Source: Chthonomonadales bacterium
Lineage (GTDB): Bacteria > Armatimonadota > Chthonomonadetes > Chthonomonadales > Chthonomonadaceae
Direction: 5' to 3'
NCBI GenBank assembly: GCA_038217285.1
Contig: JBBQPO010000008.1
Span: 1 to 52,032 of the forward strand
Length of the DNA: 52,032 nucleotides
Made by a program: the position numbers and the translations under genes. The first letter of the stretch is position 1. Each line of letters opens with the position of its first letter. Of this stretch, positions 19,846 through 29,092 are shown piece after piece. The notes under the pieces were generated by a model. It was not told the DNA's origin, did not search any database, and saw only the letters and a program-made list of their open reading frames with translations.

Positions 19846-21254
19846 AGAACATACCGCATAAACGCCGCCGCGATAACCCCCAGGAGCACCAGGAGGAGCG
19901 CCGACGCCGGATTCTTCCAGCGCTCCGGAAACAGCCCTCGAAATCCCAACCCAAAGACCAGAGACAGAGGCAGCATCGCCGGAAACATATACCGACCCTG
20001 CATCTGAAAATATTTCGAGATGAATACTCCGTAAGCGAGTCCCACGAGCGCCATCGTCAAGAACAGGAGCCATAAACATTCGATCTGCACCCGTGTGAAT
20101 AGTGTGCGACGCTGAAGATGGAGCCGTCCCAGTCCGATGACTGCACACAGGCAGACCATCCCCAGTAAGAGATAGATCCTCGGTTCAAGAAAAAGGACCT
20201 GCTTCCCCTGCTCCAGGGCGCGCAGTTCTTCCGCGTTTCGCGCCGATCCATACACGGCCCAGAAGCTGAAGAATGTCCACAGGCCAGCCTGCAGGTAGTA
20301 GGCGCCCCAGCCGCCCAGCCGCTCCACCATCGGGGCGGCCTGGACCGTATGGCCAAAATCCGCCGCGAAGAGGCGTAGCGGAATAAGCTCACCGTAGAGC
20401 GCCTGATTACGTGCGAACCACCACCCGCAGAGAAGGAGTACCATTACCAGCGTAATTCCGGAGTTGCGGAGCAGCTCCTTCGTTTTTCCGGAGTTGTGGA
20501 GCGGCTCCTTTGGCGCGCTCCCGGAACGCCACATCAGGAGAACCGCAGCGCCGAATACCGGCAACAACAACAGACCGGTGGCCTTTGTCAATATCGCCGC
20601 CCCGATGGACAGGCCGAGCCACATCGCGCTGCGTCGGGAAAAGCCGTTCTGCAGCGCCCCGATCAAAAGAACGAGCGAAGCGCTGAAACAGAGTTCGAGC
20701 AGAACATCATTATTGATTGTCGAGGTGATGGCGATGTGAGTAGGCGTCAGAGCCGCCATCCCGACCGCCACAAGCGCCACAACGGGATCGGCCGGAAACA
20801 GCATCCGTCCCCCACGATAGATCAACAACAGGCCGCCTACGCCACACAGGATGGAAAATAGCCGCACCCCATGCTCACCAAAAACCAGGAATGGTGCCGC
20901 CAGGACATAGTAGAGCGGCGGCTGATGCCACTCATAACCGTTCGGGACCGTTTTGTCGGTAAACGGAGTGGGATGATCATGGGTTGGAAGGTGGAAGGTC
21001 GCCACGTTCCGTACATACACCGCATGGGCGGCCTCATCGGGGGCGTTCTGATACCCGGTCTTACCGGTCGGGACGCTGAAGGCGTGCAGGCAGGCGAATC
21101 CGACGTAGAGCAGGAGCAGCAGCGGCAGCACGAACCTCCAGCCTCCCTGAGACGCGCGGACTGCCGAAGCCTCTCCGGAGGGAGGAGGTTGTACAGTGTC
21201 GTCGCTGGGGTTCGCCCTGCCGACATTCGCTCCGCCGGTAGTACGACGTCTCAT
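19839..21254 (-). CDS. GT-C superfamily (ArnT/PMT-like) membrane glycosyltransferase
   Basis: APDEAAH acidic motif after TM1, then HQPPLYY, INND and ILTK; polytopic. ATGA overlap with the upstream gene. Confidence 0.8.
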   Translation of the reverse strand: MRRRTTGGANVGRANPSDDTVQPPPSGEASAVRASQGGWRFVLPLLLLLYVGFACLHAFSVPTGKTGYQNAPDEAAHAVYVRNVATFHLPTHDHPTPFTDKTVPNGYEWHQPPLYYVLAAPFLVFGEHGVRLFSILCGVGGLLLIYRGGRMLFPADPVVALVAVGMAALTPTHIAITSTINNDVLLELCFSASLVLLIGALQNGFSRRSAMWLGLSIGAAILTKATGLLLLPVFGAAVLLMWRSGSAPKEPLHNSGKTKELLRNSGITLVMVLLLCGWWFARNQALYGELIPLRLFAADFGHTVQAAPMVERLGGWGAYYLQAGLWTFFSFWAVYGSARNAEELRALEQGKQVLFLEPRIYLLLGMVCLCAVIGLGRLHLQRRTLFTRVQIECLWLLFLTMALVGLAYGVFISKYFQMQGRYMFPAMLPLSLVFGLGFRGLFPERWKNPASALLLVLLGVIAAAFMRYVLP

Positions 21255-23437
21255 GGCAGGTTCCTTCCTGCCAGGGAGACACGACCTCCGCCGCTTTCGC
21301 CCCCTACGATTTCGAGAACGACCACGCCATGGGTGTGCGCGGTTGTCGCGGTCCATAGGCCGCGCCGCATCGCGTCCGCGAGCAGATAGCGCCACTGCCC
21401 CGGCACGGGCGTTTCGACGTACCAGGTGCGCAACTGCTCCAGCTCCTGCCCGGCAACGAGGGGATCTCCCGGACGATTATTCGGCGACCAGTGCAGATTG
21501 ATCAGGACGTAGCGGTATCCGCGTTCGCGCAGCCACGAGGTCAACTCGATGCCGTCTTTCATCTTGTCGTAGGGAATATAGGAGGAGTGTTCACGATTTC
21601 CCCAGATATAGGGTCGGTCCAGGTAGAAACCCCGAGGCTCGTCGTAAAGAACGACCCCTTCCGAAGGAGGAGTGTTGCGATTGATCCAGTCCATCGCCGC
21701 ATAGACGTCCAGACGTCGATTCAGATAGTCATCGTGAGTGTCGGGTTCCGTTGCATTTTTCAGTACGTCGCCCAAAGAGAGGCCCGTTAACATCAAGCCA
21801 GTTTCTGTGGAGACTTTGCTGCTAGTCGGCAGAACGAAGATCGCCCAGATTGTGAAGAGCACCTGCCAGGTCAGAACCAGGGTTGCCAGGGTCGGGAACA
21901 GCCTCAGGTTCCGGGCTGTCGTCCCTCCTCGTTTACGATCCAGGCTGCTGACTGCGTAGAGTCCATAGGCAGCGCATACTGCGGCGAGAGGCAAAAGGTA
22001 CACGAGATACCGAACGACCTGGCCGACGAAGAACCAGACCAGGAGTTGAGCGCCAAGCAGCAGCAGTAGATTCACAATAGGACGGGGGATTTTACGGAAA
22101 TAGACCAGCGGGAAGATGCCCGCTGCATAGAGGCCGCCGACGAGCGCGATGAAAGTGTAATCGCCGCCATTCGTGAAGAGCCTGGGGACCGATATCAACC
22201 GCCAGGGCGCCTGCATGAGATTGGCTAAAGTGACGCCCGGCCCCGCCGGTCCACCGTGGGCATCGACGCCTGGCGTCAGGGCATGTGAAAAGCCGAACCC
22301 ACTCTGTTCGGACTGGTAGATGGCAGCGCGGTCTGCGCTCCAGTACTTGCTGGAGGGGAAGAGCTTATAAAAATAGGGATAGACAGGGTTGTGAGTCATC
22401 ACGACGTTCTTGACATACCATGGACAGCCGATCAGGACCGCGATCCCGACGACGGTGAGTATCTGCCGCAACGGAACGCGCCTATACGCCAGAAGGAGCG
22501 GCAGCATCGCAAACGGAATCAGGGCGAGATATTTGATGCCGAGCGCGAATCCGGTGGCTGCGCCCGCTAGTAGCCCCCACTCTCGCAGGCGGCGGCTCCG
22601 GTCTGCTGCCCCCTCCGCCGACCCGGCGTCCGGTTGGGGTTCTGCAGCCTCGATCAACATCGTGCCCGCAAACGCTGCGAGAGTAACGTAAAGCCCCAGG
22701 CCTGCGTCTATGTACGCCACACAACATTCCCACAGGTAGAGAGGCGTCGTCGCCAGCAACAGAACAGCGATCCATCCGACCTGTGCGGGAAATACGCGAC
22801 GACAAAATCCGAATACCGCCGCCAGAGTGAGCACACCCATGGTCAGGTGAAGGAGATTGGCCAGCGGATAGCCGTCGTACAGGAGGCCGACACAGTACAG
22901 CATCTCCATGAGAAACGGAAAGTTGCTGTGATGCTCCGTCGGAAGGACCGTGATGCGGTGCTGAGAAAGAAAGACTTTAGGGTCTGCCAGATGATAGGCC
23001 AGGGCATCCCATTCATGGCCGGCGGGCGGCTGAAAACAGGCGCAGACACAGAACAGGACGGTGCCAGTCAGGACGAGTACCGCAAGAGGAGCGATCAAGT
23101 TGACATACGTCAGGTCCGTATCCCCGTTAGGAAGCCGGAAGAGCCGAGTAGGTCGGCCCCGGACCAGCCACTGCAGGGCATCTCCCACGTTGCGGATGGT
23201 GCCGACCAGACCGATCCCGGCCAGGAGCAGCCACCAGGCGGAGATGGGCCAGAAGGAGAGCAAACCGGCCATCCCAAGCGCAAAAACGCCCAGTGCGCCG
23301 ATGCCCAGTCCGAGGGCGGTTCCGTACGCGAAACGTTCTATCGGAGCGCTGCTCAGGACGGTACAACGGCGAAGCAAAACCCTGCCGAGGCCGGAACTGA
23401 TCAGTATGAGGAGCAGCAACAGTAGTAGCGATTTCAT
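21251..23437 (-). CDS. GT-C superfamily membrane glycosyltransferase
   Basis: Motifs WDALAYHL, YID, GIKY, PWYVKN...NPVYP and RYL; more than 12 hydrophobic segments. ATGA overlap at 23434-23437. Confidence 0.75.
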   Translation of the reverse strand: MKSLLLLLLLILISSGLGRVLLRRCTVLSSAPIERFAYGTALGLGIGALGVFALGMAGLLSFWPISAWWLLLAGIGLVGTIRNVGDALQWLVRGRPTRLFRLPNGDTDLTYVNLIAPLAVLVLTGTVLFCVCACFQPPAGHEWDALAYHLADPKVFLSQHRITVLPTEHHSNFPFLMEMLYCVGLLYDGYPLANLLHLTMGVLTLAAVFGFCRRVFPAQVGWIAVLLLATTPLYLWECCVAYIDAGLGLYVTLAAFAGTMLIEAAEPQPDAGSAEGAADRSRRLREWGLLAGAATGFALGIKYLALIPFAMLPLLLAYRRVPLRQILTVVGIAVLIGCPWYVKNVVMTHNPVYPYFYKLFPSSKYWSADRAAIYQSEQSGFGFSHALTPGVDAHGGPAGPGVTLANLMQAPWRLISVPRLFTNGGDYTFIALVGGLYAAGIFPLVYFRKIPRPIVNLLLLLGAQLLVWFFVGQVVRYLVYLLPLAAVCAAYGLYAVSSLDRKRGGTTARNLRLFPTLATLVLTWQVLFTIWAIFVLPTSSKVSTETGLMLTGLSLGDVLKNATEPDTHDDYLNRRLDVYAAMDWINRNTPPSEGVVLYDEPRGFYLDRPYIWGNREHSSYIPYDKMKDGIELTSWLRERGYRYVLINLHWSPNNRPGDPLVAGQELEQLRTWYVETPVPGQWRYLLADAMRRGLWTATTAHTHGVVVLEIVGGESGGGRVSLAGRNLP

Positions 23438-24255
23438 AACAGTTCCAGTTTCGCGCGAAATGTCAGGGGGCCCTGAAGTGGGCACTGAACGCGAGACTTC
23501 TCGATCTGCACGGTTCCCACGTGACTCCCCCGGCTACCGGCCTGGACGATAAAGGTGTTGGCGACCTGCACTCCCTCCTCCAAAACCGTGTGCGAATGCC
23601 CGCCGACGATCAGATCTATACCCGGCACAGTCGCAGCGAGTTCCTGATCGCGGGCGAAGCCGATGTGTGTCAACGCGATCAGGACGTCCGGCTTATACCG
23701 CTCCCGCAGAAGTGGGATCAGGCGCTGTGCGCAGCGAATGGGGGCTTCAAACACGTAGGCGGAAACCTTGCGCGACAGCATACGTTCCGTTATCATCGGA
23801 ACCGTCAGTCCAAGGATCACGACCCTCCACCCATTTTTATCCTGTACGATATAGCGGTGTACCGGCAGCGCGTCCGACGGTTCTCTCGGCAATATCTCCG
23901 AGAGAACGTCGTCGGAGGAAGGCATCGGAGCTGGGTAGACGTTTGCACAGAGGACAGGAAACGTGGCCCGGGCCAATTTGCAGCGAAATCCGACGCGCGT
24001 CAGATGAAAGTCCCGGTTACCGACCGTCATGGCATCGTAACCGATCTCGCTCATGCGTTCCAGGATGGGCTCTCCCCCGGCCCGAAAGGTGAGGTTTCCG
24101 GAGCCGCCGGCGTCCCCTGAATCCAGCAGCAATCCCCTATCACCGAGATCCTGCTTCATGGCGGTCAGGCGGTTCGCCGCCTCTTCCGTGAGTCGATTAT
24201 GGAAATCGTTGGTGTAAATAATCTGCAACAAGATCGATCCGATACCTTTACCCAA
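23434..24255 (-). CDS. Calcineurin-like metallophosphoesterase (5'-nucleotidase N-terminal type, no C-terminal domain)
   Basis: Motifs TNDFH, DSGD, GNRD, LTH and GGHSH. The start is uncertain. Confidence 0.85.
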   Translation of the reverse strand: MGKGIGSILLQIIYTNDFHNRLTEEAANRLTAMKQDLGDRGLLLDSGDAGGSGNLTFRAGGEPILERMSEIGYDAMTVGNRDFHLTRVGFRCKLARATFPVLCANVYPAPMPSSDDVLSEILPREPSDALPVHRYIVQDKNGWRVVILGLTVPMITERMLSRKVSAYVFEAPIRCAQRLIPLLRERYKPDVLIALTHIGFARDQELAATVPGIDLIVGGHSHTVLEEGVQVANTFIVQAGSRGSHVGTVQIEKSRVQCPLQGPLTFRAKLELL

Positions 24256-24294
24256 AAAGGGGAGTAGGGGTGGAATAGCCCTTGCAGGAGGTTG

Positions 24295-24879
24295 TCACTG
24301 GCGTCCCAGGCTCGAATCCGTCGTCAGGGACCGCAAATAGTCCGCCAGAACCTGGTCCCACTGTTGGCGGGCCGCAAGCAGCGCGTCACAGACCTCCCGC
24401 ACAGCGCCGTGGCCGCCCATGGCCACGGTAACGTAGTCGGCGCGGGCGCGCACTTCTCCACGCGCGTCTGCGACCGCGATCTTCACACCGCAGGCATAAA
24501 ACGCGCCGAGGTCGTTCCAGTCATCCCCGATGTAGGCGATCTCGTGGGCAGTTATGTCGGCGGAATTCGCCAGGCCTTGCAGAGCGTTCTGTTTATCGCG
24601 CACTCCTTGCAGCAGGTGCCCCACCCCGAGCTCCCGTGCACGCCGCTCCACGGCCGGGCTGACGCGCCCCGAAATCCAGGCGATCTGTATACCGGTGGCA
24701 AGTAACAGAGTCAGTCCTAGCCCATCGTGCACATGGAAGCGTTTCACCTCGCTCCCGTCACTGCTGTAGCCAAGGGTGCCATCAGTCAACACACCGTCCA
24801 CATCCATGGCGAGCAGGCGTATCCCAGCCAGTGGAGCGGGGGAAAGGTCGGAGGATAGTTCATCGGATCGAGGCTGCAT
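24295..24879 (-). CDS. kdsC: KdsC/YrbI-family HAD phosphatase
   Basis: Motifs MDVDGVLTDG, FHVHDGLG, ISGR, YIGDDWND and GGHGAVRE. Confidence 0.85.
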   Translation of the reverse strand: MQPRSDELSSDLSPAPLAGIRLLAMDVDGVLTDGTLGYSSDGSEVKRFHVHDGLGLTLLLATGIQIAWISGRVSPAVERRARELGVGHLLQGVRDKQNALQGLANSADITAHEIAYIGDDWNDLGAFYACGVKIAVADARGEVRARADYVTVAMGGHGAVREVCDALLAARQQWDQVLADYLRSLTTDSSLGRQ

Positions 24880-24987
24880 AGTCGTAGATTATAACAGGTT
24901 TGACCCTCCAAAGACAAGGCGATAGCCGCATCTGGTAAATGTGGTACTTAACACGTCCGATAATATTAAGTAGTGGAATTGATAACG

Positions 24988-25031
24988 ACGCTTTTTTTGA
25001 GGGGGTGCTAGCACCCCCTCAAAAAAAGCGT
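24988..25031. repeat. Perfect spacerless 44-bp palindrome
   Basis: acgctttttttgagggggtgct|agcaccccctcaaaaaaagcgt. Confidence 0.95.
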
Positions 25032-25047
25032 GCCGCGACGCGGCCCG

Positions 25048-26049
25048 CTACCGCCTCGGCGTCGGGCTCGATCTCCCACGGACATAAGCCTCCAGTTTTC
25101 GTGCGGCCTCTTCATCGTGCAAGGGCCCTAGCCCCCAGTCATCAACGTCCAGGACGGCCGGTACTCGCCCGGCGGCAAGCACTTCGTGGTTCAAAACGAA
25201 GACCAGATTCTCGTTGATATGGTTATGCGACCACTGGTAAAAGCGCGAGCGTCCTTCCGCCGTCAGGCCCAGGTGCAGGATCCATGTCTTGCCTCCGACC
25301 AGAGTGGACTGCTGCTCCTCCAGAGTGGCGCTGTTGAACTGAGGTCCGGTCAGCGCGATCGGACATACTCTGGCGAGGGTATCCGCCGGAATCGTCATGC
25401 CGTGCTCAACTTCATGCGTACTTCCAGTACCGCCGCCGTCCTGCGTCTCCTTAACGCCGCCCTCCATCCCACCGGCGGCAGAATACTTGGCGATCAATGC
25501 GCCCAGATTTCCTTTATTGACGGGCGCACCCGGATGAGAGCCCTCCACGACGACAGGCGCATTTTCGTCTACTTTGCCGAGCCAGTCGGTTTGCCCCAAT
25601 AGATGCGCGATACCCGACCTGAGGTAGGGTTCGAGCATGGCAGAGCCTGTATCGCCGTCCACGTCGCGGGCGTGCTTGATCGCGTTCCCGGTCGCTTCCG
25701 TAAACATCGGGCCGTTTTTGGGATCAAAAATCGACCGCCATCCGAAATCTGTCAGTTCGACTCGAAACTCTTTGTTCGCCTGGACCACGCGAAACATATT
25801 CCGGTCGTAGTCTCCCCGCGCGTCCAGGGTACCCACTACGGTCAGCCCGGTAAGGTCCGCCGCCAGCGCCTTCCAGTGATGTTCCAGCAGATAGTGATCC
25901 CGGATTTTATCGACCCCGATCCAGATCACGATTAGTCCGAGGAAACCGATGACCAGCCGGCGTGTTCCCCCTTCACGGGTCCAGAACATCCTCTGCGAAG
26001 CGTCGGGGCCGCTCTTAGTAGGTTTTTGCTCCTGCGGAAATAAAGGCAT
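25048..26049 (-). CDS. Membrane-anchored protein with a C-terminal SecDF P1-head-like domain
   Basis: One N-terminal TM helix. The C-terminal 'LTGPQFNSATL...LHLGLTAEGRSRF...LVFVLNHEVLAAG' resembles the SecD periplasmic head. Confidence 0.55.
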   Translation of the reverse strand: MPLFPQEQKPTKSGPDASQRMFWTREGGTRRLVIGFLGLIVIWIGVDKIRDHYLLEHHWKALAADLTGLTVVGTLDARGDYDRNMFRVVQANKEFRVELTDFGWRSIFDPKNGPMFTEATGNAIKHARDVDGDTGSAMLEPYLRSGIAHLLGQTDWLGKVDENAPVVVEGSHPGAPVNKGNLGALIAKYSAAGGMEGGVKETQDGGGTGSTHEVEHGMTIPADTLARVCPIALTGPQFNSATLEEQQSTLVGGKTWILHLGLTAEGRSRFYQWSHNHINENLVFVLNHEVLAAGRVPAVLDVDDWGLGPLHDEEAARKLEAYVRGRSSPTPRR

Positions 26050-26107
26050 TCAAAACACTCCACGCGCCGGCATACGCCAGGCAGTTATTCGTCACGGGTC
26101 GCCGCCC

Positions 26108-27214
26108 TCAGTTGAGCAGAATTTTCAGCGCCGCCAGCAGCAGCACGACGTTTCTGCGTGTGGCGGAAGCCCCCATCGTACCGACTCGCCAGACCTTGCC
26201 TTTCAGCGCTCCCAGCCCGCCGCCGATCTCCAGACCATACTCCTCCAGGAGTCGCATTCGAATGGCAGCTTCGTCGGTGACGTGGTCCGGGATCCTGAAT
26301 GCATTCAGAGTGGGCAGGCGATAGCCCTCCTGCGCGAAAGGTGTCACACCGAGTTCCGCCATGCCTTCGGTCAGGAAGGCGCTCTGCCGACGGTGCCGTT
26401 CGAAACGTGCCTCCAACCCCTCTTCAACGATCTCCGCGAGCGACTCGCGCAGCGCATAGTAGAGGTTCACAGGTACCGTATGATGATACGCATGCGCCCC
26501 GTCGAAGTAAGACTGGAGCAGTTTCCAGTCGAAGAACCAGGATACGGGGCACGTTCTCCGGTTGGAGACTTCCAGCGCCCGGTCGTTTACGGTGATCGGT
26601 GAGAGGCCGGGAGGGGCGCCCATACACTTCTGCGTCGCGGAATAACAGACATCCGCGCCTACCCTGTCACTCTCTACGGGTATTCCGCCCAGCGATGTTA
26701 CCGTGTCCGCCAGAAAAAGGGCTCCGTAGCGATGGGCGATCTCCGCGATAGGCGCTAGCGGCGTGCCGACGCCCGTAGAGGTCTCCGCGTGGACACAGGC
26801 CACCAGTTTCACATTTTTCAGCGGCTTCAGCGCCTGTTCGAAAACGTCCGGCTCAAGAACGCGTCCCCACTCGGCATCGACCTGCGTCACTTCCGCGCCC
26901 AGCCGTCGGCAGATCTCGACCATGCGCCCGCCGAAAAAACCGTTCACGCCGATGACCACCTGGTCATGAGGCTCCAGCAGGTTCGCCAGGCACGCTTCCA
27001 TCCCTGCCATCCCTGTGCCTGTGAGGGGTATCGTAAAGCCGTTGGTCGTGCCATAGACCGTCCGCAGGTCGGCTCGAAGCCCGTCCAGCAACGTAAACAG
27101 TTCCGGATCGAGGTAGCCTATCGGCGCCTGACCGAGCGCTTGAAGCACACGCGGCGTTACCGAACTGGGCCCGGGGCCCAGCAGGATGCGCGGGGAAGGC
27201 AGAGGTGTCGTCAT
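26108..27214 (-). CDS. Alanine-glyoxylate/serine-pyruvate aminotransferase family (class V)
   Basis: Motifs LLGPGPS, GTGMAGME, HAETSTG, DTVTSLGG, SATQKC (PLP Lys) and YHHT. ATG at 27214. Confidence 0.92.
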   Translation of the reverse strand: MTTPLPSPRILLGPGPSSVTPRVLQALGQAPIGYLDPELFTLLDGLRADLRTVYGTTNGFTIPLTGTGMAGMEACLANLLEPHDQVVIGVNGFFGGRMVEICRRLGAEVTQVDAEWGRVLEPDVFEQALKPLKNVKLVACVHAETSTGVGTPLAPIAEIAHRYGALFLADTVTSLGGIPVESDRVGADVCYSATQKCMGAPPGLSPITVNDRALEVSNRRTCPVSWFFDWKLLQSYFDGAHAYHHTVPVNLYYALRESLAEIVEEGLEARFERHRRQSAFLTEGMAELGVTPFAQEGYRLPTLNAFRIPDHVTDEAAIRMRLLEEYGLEIGGGLGALKGKVWRVGTMGASATRRNVVLLLAALKILLN

Positions 27215-27290
27215 ATCGAATACTCCCTTTGAAATCTCATGCCGCCCGGACGCCACAGCGCCCGGCAGCGACGATCTGTTGCCGTTCCGG

Positions 27291-28091
27291 CTAACCATCG
27301 ATCTGCTTCATCATTCCCATCACATTGTATCCTCCATCGACATGGAGGATCTCTCCGGTAATACCACGCGCGAGGGAACTGAGCAGGAAGAGGGTCGCGT
27401 CCCCCACCTCATCCGCCTCTACGGGCCGCCGAAGCGGCGAGGCCTCGCCGACCTGTTTGCGCATGGCATCGAAATTCGCGATCCCTTTCGCCGACAGCGT
27501 CTTGATGGGACCTGCGGAAACGGCGTTGACGCGGATGCTCTCAGGTCCAAGGTCGTAGGCCAGATACCGGACACTCGCTTCCAGGGCCGCTTTGGCCACC
27601 CCCATGATATTGTAGTTCGGCACGACCCGTTCAGCTCCCAGGTAGGAGAGCGTGACGATGCTGCCGCCGCCCGCGGCATTGAGCAAGGGCCGCGCCGCTC
27701 GGGACAGGCGGAGAAGCGAATAGACGCTCACTTCGTGCGCCAGCGCAAAACCTTCGCTCGATACCGCGCCGAACTCGCCCCGCAGATCAGCCGAGTTCGC
27801 GAACGCCATCGCATGCACCATTCCGTCCAGCTTGCCGTGGAAAGCCTCCCCGATCCTACTGAACAGGGCGGTCACCTGGCCTTCATCGCTCGCATCGCAC
27901 TGCACGACCGGCCCCTCGATACCTGCGTCGCGCATCAGTTTATGGACGTTGCTCTCCTCGCCCTCGCCCAGCACCGAAAAGGCCAGTTCCGCCCCTTCAC
28001 GATGCAGCGCCAGGGCCGTATGCCAGGCGATGCTCCACTTGTTCCGCGGCCCGGTGACAAGCACACGCTTTCCATTCATCAATCCCGGCAT
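27291..28091 (-). CDS. fabI: Enoyl-ACP reductase
   Basis: Motifs N.WSIAW, SVYSL, YNIMGVAKAALE, VSAGPIKTL and ITGEILHVDGG. Confidence 0.95.
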   Translation of the reverse strand: MPGLMNGKRVLVTGPRNKWSIAWHTALALHREGAELAFSVLGEGEESNVHKLMRDAGIEGPVVQCDASDEGQVTALFSRIGEAFHGKLDGMVHAMAFANSADLRGEFGAVSSEGFALAHEVSVYSLLRLSRAARPLLNAAGGGSIVTLSYLGAERVVPNYNIMGVAKAALEASVRYLAYDLGPESIRVNAVSAGPIKTLSAKGIANFDAMRKQVGEASPLRRPVEADEVGDATLFLLSSLARGITGEILHVDGGYNVMGMMKQIDG

Positions 28092-28203
28092 TTGCGTTCT
28101 CCTTTAACCGGACGACCCAGTTACGATCCTGATGTCGCCAACTATTTGCGGCGAAATGATAGCCGCCCTGCACCTTCCCGGCGACGGCGGCGTATAATAC
28201 GAT

Positions 28204-29082
28204 ATGAAAACTACTCTCGCACGGGTTTGCACCTGGTCTGGGACACGACGGCGCGTCTCCTCGCCCCGTCGCACCCCGCAATACTATGGTCTACACTATG
28301 AGGATGTGCACTTTTCTTCCGATCACTCCGATCAGGTCCGACTTTCCGGTTGGCTGATCCCCGCACACGCCCCGGTCGGCGTCGTGATTCTATGTCATGG
28401 CCATACCAGTACGCGGTCGCATCTTCTCGATAAGGCGGTCATGTTGAATGCACACCATTTTACCACGTTGTCATTCGATTTCCGCGCCCGGGGTCTCAGC
28501 GCCGGCGATCTCTGCACCCTGGGCGCCAGAGAGACGGAGGACGTTCTGGGCGCCGTAGCCTATCTACAGAAGCGCAGCGATCTACTCGGTCTTCCCATCG
28601 CTGCCCTGGGCGAAAGTATGGGCGGCGCGGCCGTGATTCAGGCCGCCGCCCGGACACCGGCATTGCGATGCATCGTTGCAGAAGCCTCTTATGCCTCCCT
28701 GGATCGGGTGGTACGCCAACGACTGGCCTTCGCCTTCGGGCCGTTTGCCGACTCGGTCCTGCAAGCCTGCCGGAAGATGAGCATCGAGGAGTTGTCTCTG
28801 GACATCGCCGACGTTTCGCCGGAGGCGGCGATCACCCATATCAGCCCACGCCCGGTCTTGCTGATCACCGATGGCCTCGATCTGACCTGCCCTCGCCAGG
28901 AATCGGATCGCCTCTATGCCGCAGCGAGGGAGCCGAAAGAGCGCTGGATCGCCGCATCCGCCCCCCACTGTCTGGCCTATCTCACCAACCGCGAGGGTTA
29001 TACGGAGAGGGTCAGCAAGTTCCTGCAGCAGAATCTACGCAGGGACGGTGTCGAATTGCCGGATCCCGGGATACGAACCTGA
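28204..29082 (+). CDS. Alpha/beta hydrolase
   Basis: Motifs LSGWLIP, LCHG, FDFRARG, nucleophile elbow GESMG, Asp in DGLDLTC and His in APHC. Confidence 0.88.
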   Translation: MKTTLARVCTWSGTRRRVSSPRRTPQYYGLHYEDVHFSSDHSDQVRLSGWLIPAHAPVGVVILCHGHTSTRSHLLDKAVMLNAHHFTTLSFDFRARGLSAGDLCTLGARETEDVLGAVAYLQKRSDLLGLPIAALGESMGGAAVIQAAARTPALRCIVAEASYASLDRVVRQRLAFAFGPFADSVLQACRKMSIEELSLDIADVSPEAAITHISPRPVLLITDGLDLTCPRQESDRLYAAAREPKERWIAASAPHCLAYLTNREGYTERVSKFLQQNLRRDGVELPDPGIRT

Positions 29083-29092
29083 CCTAACGCTA

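Noticed and set aside
17267-19861. 864-aa + strand ORF, and similar long ORFs at 2571-3941(-), 10311-11552(-), 15070-16167(+), 27186-28301(+) and 47424-49169(+)
   Set aside because: These are antisense shadows of well-supported genes (guaA, livK, gcvP, rho, fabI, metH). They are expected in GC-rich DNA and have no recognisable motifs.
19661-19954. Extended N-terminus of ORF 18872-19954
   Set aside because: It overlaps the upstream gene and the 6S-like RNA. ATG 19660 with an SD is the better start.
14176-24965. Mobile dif-module (pdif-type cassette) between the two ACGTCCGATAATA copies
   Set aside because: The enclosed DNA is housekeeping (rho, hpt, guaA), and the second copy lacks a proper spacer and XerD arm.
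24988-25031. 44-bp palindrome as an intrinsic terminator
   Set aside because: On both strands the T-run precedes the GC stem and an A-run follows it, so there is no 3' U-tract.
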